A DNA stretch of 64,000 nucleotides from Bugula neritina (Eukaryota > Animalia > Bryozoa), in contig OZ037765.1 in the NCBI GenBank assembly GCA_964035545.1, positions 19,902,995 through 19,966,994 of the forward strand. Direction: 5' to 3'. Both the position numbers and the translations under genes were made by a program. A model generated the notes under the pieces. The model was not told the origin of the DNA. It saw only the letters and a program-made list of their open reading frames with translations, and ran no database searches. Shown piece after piece: positions 37,901 through 48,468 of the stretch; the stretch's first letter is position 1; every line of letters begins with the position of its first letter.

Positions 37901-40900
37901 TAAAACTTTACAAACTGTCTGATATTTATTCAATTACTCACATATTGAAGTTTCGTTCTTTTACAAAGCCACTACTATTTTATGATGTTATTTTATAATT
38001 TATTGTTTTCAATTTTTACCAAATGGTTTTATAATTTTTTAGGTGCTTTTTCAGAAAAATACGAGCAGAAGCCTGAATTGTTGTCAGTTGTCTTCCCTAT
38101 TATACTCCTAAAAGGTCTCAATAGTTCCGAAACAGTCTTGTTTGCTACCTCCGCTCTCAAAGACATCTGTAAAGACAACAGCAAGTTAATAGAGCCGTAC
38201 TCGGACGACATTATCAGTGTGTGCCATCAGAAAATCTCCTCCAATACTCTCTCTGTACGTGCATGCCACTTTGCTTTTAATGTGTATATTATGTCTGTTT
38301 TAACATTAGTTCAGTGTAGATACAAGATAAAAATGTATGTGTGGTTTATATTATAAATGCTGTCGGTAACAACTAATGCCCAAATTAAAAGTCCCGTCGC
38401 ATTAGAAAGCTCCCACTATCATTTGATTTTTAATGTTTTTTTTTATGTTACTTCATGAATGCTATTGGTTATTACATAAAGCACTTTAAATGTTTATCAT
38501 TTATTAATGCTTTATTCTTGGTGTTTCTTAGAAATCTTTAAATCATAATTTTAGTCTCGAGACGCCGCCAGACTCTTTTCGTGTGTGGGCCACGTGCTAT
38601 CCACCCTACCTCAAGGCCGAATATATCAATGGCTAGAGAAGCTACTCCCTCCAATCACCTATTCGCTGCATCAGGCAGCATCCCTCAGCCCAAGTGGACC
38701 AGTAAAATTGCAGCTGATGGATAAAATACAAATGCTGACTTTTCTGTTTGACTCTCTAGACGTCTGCAAATACGAAGATAAGACATCATCCCACGAATCA
38801 CAACCGGTGTGAATTTTTTCTAGATCATTCAAAAATTTGACTGTTTTCTTTACAAACTTCCAGTTTACATTGTTCAGCTTTTGTATTTTAACTTTCATTT
38901 TCATCAGCTGTGCCAGTATTACTGGATGGCCTGTTTGTTTTAGGTTTTGGCAATCATGAAGAATATGATTCCAGTTTTGAATCTGATCCTATCTCACTGG
39001 GCTGCAGATTCAGAAATAGTTGGGGTATTACAATTTGCAACTCTTACTATAAATATTATATTCAATTTCTAAACCTGCTCATGCACAGTAGGGCTCTGTT
39101 GTTGCTTGAATATCATTACATAAATCACTACTAGTACATAGCTAAAATATTACTCAGTCAGTGTCTTTGCTTCTATATTTGCTGCCTTTTTTGTCAAGTA
39201 ACTACACACGTTTGTGTTATGAAGTAAACATATTGATAGTTTATGTTCTTAGTGTTCTATAAGCTTGAAGAAAGTATGCATGTAATTTGTTGCAGTGTAT
39301 CTTGGAGCTGATTAAAAAGTGTATACGGACACTACTTGAGGGGTTCAAGTGTCTGCTAGAAGAGGTCTGTGTTATGATAAGTAAGATTTATGAGCACCAA
39401 CAGCATCCCACTGCTATGGAGATCATCAGACAGGTGAGTGCTTGTGACATGTAGTGTATGTGACAGTTAGTGTATGTGACATGTAGTGTATGTGACATGT
39501 AGTGCATGTGACAGTTAGTGTATGTGACATGTAGTGTATGTGACATGTAGTGTATGTGACATGTAGTGTATGTGACATGTAGTGCTTGTGACATGTAGTG
39601 TATGTGACATGTAGTGCTTGTGACATGTAGTGTATGTGACATGTAGTGCTTGTGACATGTAGTGTATGTGACATGTAGTGAGTGTGACATGTTTTGTTTT
39701 GCATACTGTACGTACTTCCTATGCTTTTGTATGAGTTGCTTCAAACTCAGGAAAATTCCTTGCAAGCCTCTATCTTGACCATTGCTTTACAATTTACAAA
39801 TTTTGTGTAAACTTTGTCTAAACTTTATCAATAATTACATCTTAATTTGTTGACATCTGTTGTTGTGTCTATTTATATTGATTACTGTTCAATGTACGGA
39901 GTTGGTTTTGTAGCTCGTTTTGATTTTCATGAAAGACCCAGCTGCAGTAGAAATAGTTAAAGAGACATTCCACTTTACTGCTCGTAAGACTATTGACTCT
40001 TTGAAACAAGGTCAGTTCTTAATGTTTTGCTGTAATTTTATATATTGTTGGCTAACTACAAGTTTAGTGAAAATGCCGAGTATATGAATTCATGCCATCA
40101 ATACACAATTAGTACGTAGTTGATATTCATTTCTTACCGACGATGTGGTGGTATTCATGTAGGAACTGCTCTGTCCTAAGTTTGAAATGTCAATTCAATT
40201 TCATGAAATTGATTTCATGTTTAGCCTTAGATTCTTACTCTGCTAGAGCGTGTGCTAGATGATTATCAATATACAGTGCTCTCTCTGTAACCCACTAAGC
40301 TTTGGGTCCCAAAACCTCAATTCGTAACATAGTCGAATACCAGATTTAACTTACGGATCTGTTAAATTTGTCCATTTTGTTCCTATACACACATACATAT
40401 GCCACAAAACTGGGGTCCAAACCTATGGAATTGTGTGAGATATGGAGGAAGCACCGTATATGTTTTAATCATATTATGTAATTATAGACAGTAATTATGT
40501 TGTGTTGCACAGACACTCACAGTAAAACTGATCTACTCGAGTCATACATGAATCTCTGCGTACAAATGTCCAAGAAGTCATCCGATGTTCTTGCTGATAA
40601 AGATTTTCCATTTGAGGATGTCTTTGAGATGGGTTAGTACAATGTTGCTGTCTACTACCAAGGTTACTATATCAATTTGCTGCCGACTACTAGCTACTTG
40701 CTGTCGTCTGACATGTTGCTGCCTTTATTATTATAGCTGTGAGAGGAATCTTGCTGCCAGAATATCTAACAGTTAAGGCTTGCTGCTCATTTCTCACTGA
40801 TGTAATCACAAAGAAAGCCAAATATACTAGACTGGACGTACTTGTCCCTAATATTGCAACATTCCTATATGACTCTCTACTAAAGGTAACCTAAATGAAT

Positions 40901-42516
40901 AGTGATATTGCTCTGGTTTCCGTAATACTATAGCATAGTACATTGCACCAACATACATGATTCATAATACTATAGCATAGTACATTGCACTAACATATAT
41001 TATTCATAATACTATAGCATAGTACATTGCACTAGCATATATGTATATAACATATAGAGAATATCATGACTTATATCGGTGTGCAAGTATAGCTGATGAA
41101 AACTCACAAAATTTTGCCAATTTATTTCAGTTATTGCTTTAATTTAGAGTTGGGGCAAGTAAGCAAGCTAAAATTTAACTTTGTGTTTGTGAATAGCATC
41201 TTAAATAACATCTATTTTTCTGTTACCCGCAAGGACTAAAATGGATACGGTGAGAAAGAACTGCGGGACAATGTTCCGTGGCCATATTAAGTATCCTCCC
41301 GCTAAAAAGCAGAAGACTTCTTTCTTCACTCTTTTTTAAAATTATAAGCTTTTCGAGTTTCTAGCTACATAGCCCTCTAAGGCTACACAACCAGTTTAAG
41401 GTCAAGGCCTTTTGACTACTTGTAGTGCGTAGGAGGGTATTCACCTCGAGGCAACGAGTTGCACGTGACTACAGTGTTTCTAGCTATGAATCTGTCCTAC
41501 TTGCCAATCGCCTCACAAACCATGCAGCTGCTCCTCAATCAAGAGAACTACCCGGTGCCTCAGGTTACAGCTGATGACAAGCTTAGATTCATCAAGGATG
41601 TCATCAAGTAAGAATATACTATACAATCTAAACTACATTTAGATGTCAATGCTAGCCAATTTTAAAACATTACTGCTGGCTTCCCTCGGTGAAAATGTTT
41701 GTAAACATTTTATATTGTGTTTTAGATTTTGTTTATTGAACTATATATTGACTTTTATAACAAAACGTGCACCTCTACAAGTTTATACACTATTTTATGG
41801 CAACTTAGGTGTTTCTAGCACTGATTTTGTGAATGAGAATATATAAAGTGGTGGGAACTATAGATACTTGGTTTATAACAGAGTACAGTACAATATATAC
41901 AAGTTATGGTATTTTTAGGCAGTGTTCGTTTAGTATTGATCATAAACCCTATTAATTATAGAGCATCCAGTTCTATATAGGGTGAATTGAATTAACCTAA
42001 AATGTATAGCATTGTCAAACATTTTGGGTGTAAAACTCTCCGCTACTACATTATGCAGTGATTGCTATATAATATGATTTCTAAAATTCGGAAAATTCTT
42101 TGCTATTTACATTCTTAAATGTGTTGCGTATTGAAGTCGATCAAGCATAGCTTACATTTATATAGTATAAAGATAAATAAAATTCTATTTAATTTGTTAT
42201 ATAAAAGGTATATGCTATGTCTATACGATGATTAATTGTCACGATGAGCATGGGTTGCACAAACGGAATTACATGAGTTTGAAACAGAGTTAGATAATTT
42301 GTATTACTGATTATAAAAAGGTTCTAAATCAATAGGTTATATTCCAAGTGTTGATGTACTATACAAGATAATGACCTGCATGTAATGTTCATTTACAGGG
42401 AAAGGAGTAGTAAAAGAAGATTACAAGACATTATAACAACATTCTCTATGATATGCCGAGGAATAGCAGGTACTGCCTATGCTCAACAAACGGCTCTCTC
42501 TATGCAGTTTCGATGA
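31920..42516 (+). CDS. IPO13: Importin-13, about 970 aa, 21 coding exons
   Basis: Exons 31920-31952, 32198-32317, 32450-32508, 32710-32917, 33101-33300, 33679-33828, 33982-34066, 34412-34540, 34709-34789, 35128-35319, 35849-36002, 37295-37447, 38043-38254, 38555-38806, 38944-39024, 39296-39433, 39914-40010, 40513-40632, 40737-40885, 41426-41607, 42399-42516 join into one frame. Motifs AWQFCWLLLSPDK, EVQFYGAATLH, FPVDETLSDISFGFWYILQ, DEKEIFRCYRQDIADT, ERSSKRRLQDIITTFSMICRG match IPO13. Confidence 0.92.
33322..33495. repeat. (CA)n-based compound tandem repeat (unit about acaacagacacgggcgcgcacacacac)
   Basis: Visible in IPO13 intron 5; explains the Cys/Val- and His/Thr-rich ORFs at 33194-33601. 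Confidence 0.9.
36675..37214. mobile_element. hAT-like MITE in IPO13 intron 11
   Basis: TIRs CAGGGTTGGGGT ... ACCCCAACCCTG; subterminal arrays of GTAATT/AATTAC; flanks gtatcagg and (ga)ctatcagg resemble a degenerate 8-bp TSD. Confidence 0.7.
39438..39692. repeat. 16-bp minisatellite (TGTGACATGTAGTG[TA/CT]) starting just after an IPO13 donor
   Basis: About 15 visible tandem units; explains ORFs 39388..39765 and 39426..39704. Confidence 0.95.
40923..41040. repeat. About 42-bp tandem repeat, roughly 3 copies (TAATACTATAGCATAGTACATTGCAC...)
   Basis: Visible three times in IPO13 intron 19. Confidence 0.85.
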
Positions 42517-43647
42517 AATCACATTTCTTGCTCAGCTGTAAAGGGCACTAACAGCCTTCCTATTATAATCTCATTCATTGTTCATAGTAATAGTTTATAA
42601 CGCATCAAGTCTTACTTATTTTTATTCTCCTGAATGCATTTCTAATGTACAGGCAGCCATTAAATTACCTTGTATATATTGATTTCTCTGTCAGCATTCT
42701 ACTGGCTTTAGTATAATTATTTTACTGGAATTGTATTTTAATATGACCATGTAAGCTTCATGATTCAATCCTAGTCATGTCTGATCTATCAATCTATTGC
42801 AGTTAAAAGTGACACCAAACACTGTTGGTCAATTTCTATTTGACTAAATTATTTTGTAGTAAAACTGGTTAATGAAAGCATTATGTAACAGTATTTAGTA
42901 ATTCTTTTGTCATAAAACACTATTTATTATAATTTAATCTACTGTATAACTCTATAAACTCATGACTAGCTAAGCCCATAAACTGTTCTCATAGCAACTA
43001 AATAAAAAGTTCTTGGCTCAATATTTTTTTGTCATCTTTTGTGCCCAATCAGTTATTCATGTCTGATTTTACTTTTATCTGCTTTCATACCAAACTTGTT
43101 TAGTAAAAGTTTATACCACATTCCTGGCTATTGGCTTTCCTAGTTCAATCACTGGCAATATACATGTTGGTTAATTTTATTCACAGACCTAGTCCGGTCA
43201 CAAAACATACATTTCAGAATGCAATATTTTCATTTCTAATTTAAATACCAAATAACATTCTTAGATTCATTAAATAACATTTATTATAAAAAATAAAGTG
43301 CAGAACACTGTGTTTCAGTGCTGTATTGTGTAGGGTACATAGTTACTAGGTAACTAAACACTTTCACAGTTATGGTTGCTATCAGCGATTTACCACTTAG
43401 AAGGTTTTACATTTCAGAGATGCCCTTTCATTCAAAATAACAAAACACATTCGTCTATCATGCAATCTGCAACATTGTATTTCAGACATTTTTCTTAGAG
43501 ATAACCAAAAGTTGAGAAATATTTTAGTAAATAGTTAAAATGCAACAACTGCAGCCTATTTATTATTTGTTGGCACAAATATTGGAGTTTTAGATACTGC
43601 ATGTTCTGAGAACTGTGGCTCAACGGAAATTATAAGTTTACAATAAA

Positions 43648-46082
43648 TCATGACTTGAACATACTAAGCAGGCAAGCAACAGCTATAGGTAAAAACCACC
43701 GGGTAAGGGTATTGGAATTGTTGCAACCGTCTTCTTCACATACAGTCAGACAACCTCGCATGAGTATTCCCTGGTAAGTGATCTCTCTTGACCAGCCACA
43801 GTGGTCCAGTGCACCAATCTCTGCGTCTGTAGTGGGCTCTCCATTTTTGGAAGTACATCCTCTGACAAATACTGTGTGATTACCTGAGACGATACACATG
43901 AAGTATCAACTCGATACTTGGTAAATTTGGATGCACATAGAAGTGAGTTCTAAGATTACTAAGCCTATAATCGTTGTGCTCAAAGGTCTCAACAAAAAAA
44001 TATTATACTCAGTAAAGTTTAAGGATACTTACAGTTCCCACAGGGGCTATGTTATAACATGCAACTTTTCATTGCTTCCTTATTACATTTCCTGTGAAAA
44101 CTCAATATTTTTGCTCCGAACTTTTATTTTCATACACTGTGAAAATACTTGCTACTAGATTATAATTTTATTACACATATAAGTCCAGTTTCTTATAACA
44201 CTAAAACCTTAAACTGATAGTGCATTATATTCTACAGTAAGGAAATGGTATTATTGATTTGTGTGTAAACAACACTGAAAAATATTTGTTTGAATAACAA
44301 AGATAATAATAGATCAATTTGCTCTTCGTCTGACATATTCATGATGTAACTGCCATACTAATTATAGTGAAAGAAAATTTATGAAATAGTAGCCATTACT
44401 CTGCACACATTCATACACAACAAATCCGTTTTAGTCAAAGTTGTGGAGAGCTGATTAGTTCCTGGATATAATAATTCACCCAAGTATTATTTTATGCAGA
44501 CTACCCACTCAAAGTGTCTGCACAAAATACATGGTTCAACTAGCTGTTTGGAGTTATTGCAGTGTGCAATTATGATATTCTCAATTTTTTATATGAGTCG
44601 GAATTGTATTCTCTATATCCATTATAAGCTGTGATCCTAGAACTGGTACTTATTTATTTAGAAGTCCCTACAACAAAGGTTTAACCTCACTTGTATGGAT
44701 TTCTGGTTTAAGTTAGTGTCATGGTTGAAAAGCACCTCTTTCTTTTGAACACAGCTGCTGCGTTTAAGCCCTTGCATATAACTCTGCTTATGCAGGATCA
44801 GAGTGCAGCACTACAATTTTAATTTCTACTTAACTATAATAATACTCACCCTTATGTGCCTTGAACTTTATACAAGTGGAGGCTGGAAATGTGCCGCTTC
44901 GGGACTTTCTAGGCGCCATGCAGGACGACTGGTAGGCTTCGGGATAAGCATTAAACACATCTTCAAATCTCGGATCTGAACCATTAATGGACTCGCAAAC
45001 GTAGCATCCAATACCTTCAACTCCTATCAACAGTAATTACACAGGATTGCAACAGAGCAGTAATACCATATAATACAAATTAATAATTAAGCATCATGCA
45101 TTGCATAGCACACACAGTGCATGTGGGTTATACATAAATACACAAGACATTACTATGCTATTGCTATAGTCAGAGTGATATATGTCCTTTTAACCCTTTG
45201 GCTATAGTACTTATTACCTAGATAGCAGTCCTTATATGATGGCTTATACATCATAAGTTGCACCTGATACTGTTATACAGAAAGGTATACAACCACATTA
45301 GGATGACACATATCACAAATATGGTAGTAGGTCTTTGTCATTCAAACCATGGGTCAATCTTAAGTTAGAGTTGTCTCTACAGCGAGTATACGCCCGGACT
45401 ATGATATATGGAAAACTGACTATTCAAATTTGAACCAGGGCTGTTACAGATGGCAAAGTGAGGTGATAAAGAATGAACTAATTTAGGGGCTTCAGTCACA
45501 GATTTGTTTTCAGGGTTTACTTCCTAAACCTTTACCACGTTTTTCACAAGGCAGTGGAGGTTGGAATCAGTTTTCCTTCTAGATAGACTGTTTTCTAAAC
45601 TGGCGAGCTTCATTTACCCAATTAAAGAGCTGTTATCAGGCATCCATTACGCACTTTCACTTTTCTCGTATTAATTAGAAGCAGATCTGTTGAACGTATG
45701 CCTACTTCCCACAAGCAGGCTAGAAGCTGGACTTGCTTTTTTGAAATAGCACAACTTGACAGTATGAGCATATTTCTCATATCCACTCCTCTGATGTGGC
45801 TCTTATATTGCAACGCATTAGTAACAAAACTCGATCAAGTTGAAACATTCGCCAACAACAAAAATAATAAATAAGTTTAATAAGATCTGAGATTCAGCAG
45901 GATAATTACTTGCTATTTCCTGTAACCTACATGCGTTGTAAGTACTTACATGTGTTGTAAGTACTTACATGCGTTGTAAGTATCTACATGTGTTGTAAGT
46001 ACCTACCAGACATTTGTAGAAGGAGCAAAAGTACAGCTAAAAAGGCACAGACAGTGAAAGTCTTTTTCCTGCCTGAAGTCAT
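43648..46082 (-). CDS. Quiver/sleepless-like Ly6/uPAR three-finger protein with signal peptide and GPI-type tail, 161 aa
   Basis: Exons 46082-46007, 45023-44850 and 43883-43648 (phase 1/1). IGCYVCESINGSDP, FPASTCIK, VRGC, DHCG, GCLTVCEEDGCN, then a hydrophobic C-terminus. Probable 5'UTR exon ending at 46316. Confidence 0.85.
45925..46006 (-). repeat. 19-bp tandem repeat (about 4.3 copies) beginning at the donor of the Ly6 gene's first coding intron
   Basis: Minus-strand units GTA(G/A)(G/A)TACTTACAAC(A/G)CAT. Confidence 0.9.
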
Positions 46083-46773
46083 CACTAGCCGTTGTTTCAC
46101 TGTGAGTTCAGTTCCTGCTGCAACTGCTTGCTTGTATAATATCTGCGTAGGTATGCTCCTTACAGTAGTTAACAGTCAATACCCTTACAATTTCTATACT
46201 CTATGCTAAATGGATGATATTTGCATCTAATTAGGTAGTAAAAGTGAGCTAATGATATGTTTAAAATCAAGAACTTACAATATACTATAAGTTAGTTTAG
46301 AATATTGATTCTTACTCGGCTAAATTACAGCGCTGACAGGGGTGACGACGAAGATCAATAGAGAGAATCAATAGCTGTAAACTAGATGATGTCAGATCAA
46401 GGCACATAGAAAAGGACAACGGCATTGCTGGTATATTTACAACGTTTTAACATAGTGATTACAGTATATATTAGATAACAGACTTATGATATTAGCATTA
46501 TAATAATTTGAGGTAGGTGAAAAGTTACAACTTCTAACAAAATTAATGATAGTAAAACCATTTAACAGGCTTGCGAATGAAATATAACAATCACCTTCTA
46601 AATGCCAAGCTGAAAGTTATAAGCTTTTGAGTTTCATGTTAAGTAACAATATGGTCTTTTGTTGCATTCATATTTGAAAAATGATATAAATTATAACAAG
46701 TAATATTATGGAAATTGCATCAAACTTATATTAAGTATATTATGTAGTTTTAGTACGCCATATTTCCAAATAT

Positions 46774-47078
46774 TGTTATAATTTTTAGATTTAGGGTTGA
46801 TGTGCTATCCAGAGAGTCTATTTATTTACTATAGAACTGCACCAGGATAAGTCGAGTGAACGAGTATATTTTACACACAATTATACATTATAAAAACGAT
46901 ACATTATTTCCAAACAAGTTACACATCTAATCTATTTCACACTCTAGCTTCGACTGAGTTAGCAGCGGGAAACTACAATTGCTGCTAACTATCAACTACG
47001 CTAATTGGTTATCCATTGTTCCGGGTCAATTGCGCGACCCTACATGTTGTGCTGCTGGTAGTTCCACGAACCACCACA
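46774..47078 (-). repeat. 3' LTR
   Basis: Direct repeat of 53974-54278, preceded on the minus strand by the G-rich tract TGGTGGGGGCGG (47079-47090, PPT). Confidence 0.95.
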
Positions 47079-47366
47079 CCGCCCCCACCAGCAGAAAGCC
47101 ATCTTTCTGATATATATAAAAAAAAACATTCAATAGTAATTGCATACATCAGTGGACAAAAATAATACATGATATACAGGAAGAGACATAATAATAGACA
47201 GAGTCATTTTAACGATCCGTTGCATACAATTGGCCAGCTGTAGATAGACGAGGAATACTAGCTAGCTGTGGTATTAGACAAGGAATAACCTGTCTAGCAG
47301 TTAAGCATTTACACGATCTTGGTTCCTCACAAGATGTGAAGTTGCGGAGTATTCTGGGTAGCCTAA

Positions 47367-48444
47367 CTAGAGTCCTTGTTGGGCACGCCTGTGCTTGGCT
47401 TGGCATGTACGCAGTTTCCGCTTCATACGGCATACGGATCCCTTTAGCTGGAAGAGTCCTGTTGTAGTGTTAAGTAGATCTGGTGCCAGCTGGGTGAACT
47501 CTTCTTGTAATCGTAGGAGACGTTCTTCTACTGTAGCCAGGCGTACTGGGTCTGGGGACGGTGTCCGTCTGCGGCGCAAGGGTGGACTGGGGGACCTGGT
47601 TCGTCTCTTCGCCGGGGTAGGGGAGATCTCTCCTTCTTCTGGATATGTAATTTGCTCGGAGGTGTATGTAATTTGAGGACGGTCAGACACCAACGGGGAT
47701 TGTTGGCGGGCGTTGTCTAACACACGTTGGAACCCCGAGGACAGAACGGCTAATAGCATAGCCTTCTTCACCAGAGGTCGTATAAGTGTGAGGAACTCCG
47801 GGTATAGCTTAGCGTCGACCACGTAGTTTTCTCCAGGGAAACAGCCCGCCGCTCTGTGTCTGGTGACGGGGTAGGGATACACATCATTGTACCCGCAGGG
47901 GCAGAATGTTAGTAGGAGATGAGCATTGACGTGTAGTTTGAGGGAGCGGTGAGAGGCGCAATCTTCACCACAGATCTGGCATCTCGTCCGTCCTCTGGAC
48001 CCCCAGGCTGTTTCTATTTCTTCTTCTGTTTGTGGAGACACCCACCGCCAACGGCGGCGTAGTGGCTCAGGCCGGTCACCACTAGCATACTCCTCTGGAT
48101 ACGGAGCGGGAAGTGTTCTATCCCGTACCCTGGTTGTAGCGGGTCGAGTGTAATCTGAAAAAGTTTCAACAGTGTTAATACAGTACACTGCTGTGTTGTC
48201 AGCTTGAACAGCTTGGCAACTCCTAATTCAGTTACCTCGTAGAGATTTATGGTAGTGAATAGTCAGATAGAACACGTATTGCAATGAGATTATAAAAATC
48301 TCTAAGTCAAACTGAGTTCTTACTACGGTATTTCACTAACCTATCTCCAGCTCGATTGACTCAGTGAGTCAGAGCTGAGCGATGCAATCTAGTTTCGTAT
48401 TAAGATATAGTTAACTCACCCCACGATCTGTTGTCGTAAGACAT
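47367..48444 (-). CDS. Retrotransposon accessory ORF3: C2H2 zinc finger, CxC-H-C finger, Arg/Ser/Pro-rich region and coiled coil; probably spliced
   Basis: Main exon 48154-47367 after acceptor aactttttcag|. Phase-1 donors are available at 48420 (ATG 48444, MSYDNRSW) and in gag at 53900. CQIC-x12-H-x3-H present; no signal peptide or convincing TM helix. Confidence 0.8.
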
Positions 48445-48468
48445 ACTGAATGTGTGAAATGGTTTGAA

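Noticed and set aside
39388-39765. His/Cys/Thr periodic ORFs; regular repeat superficially like a CRISPR array
   Set aside because: 16-bp head-to-tail minisatellite with no unique spacers, inside a eukaryotic intron.
47367-48188. ORF3 as an env gene
   Set aside because: No signal peptide, no fusion-protein layout, no C-terminal TM; zinc fingers and basic tracts indicate a nuclear protein.
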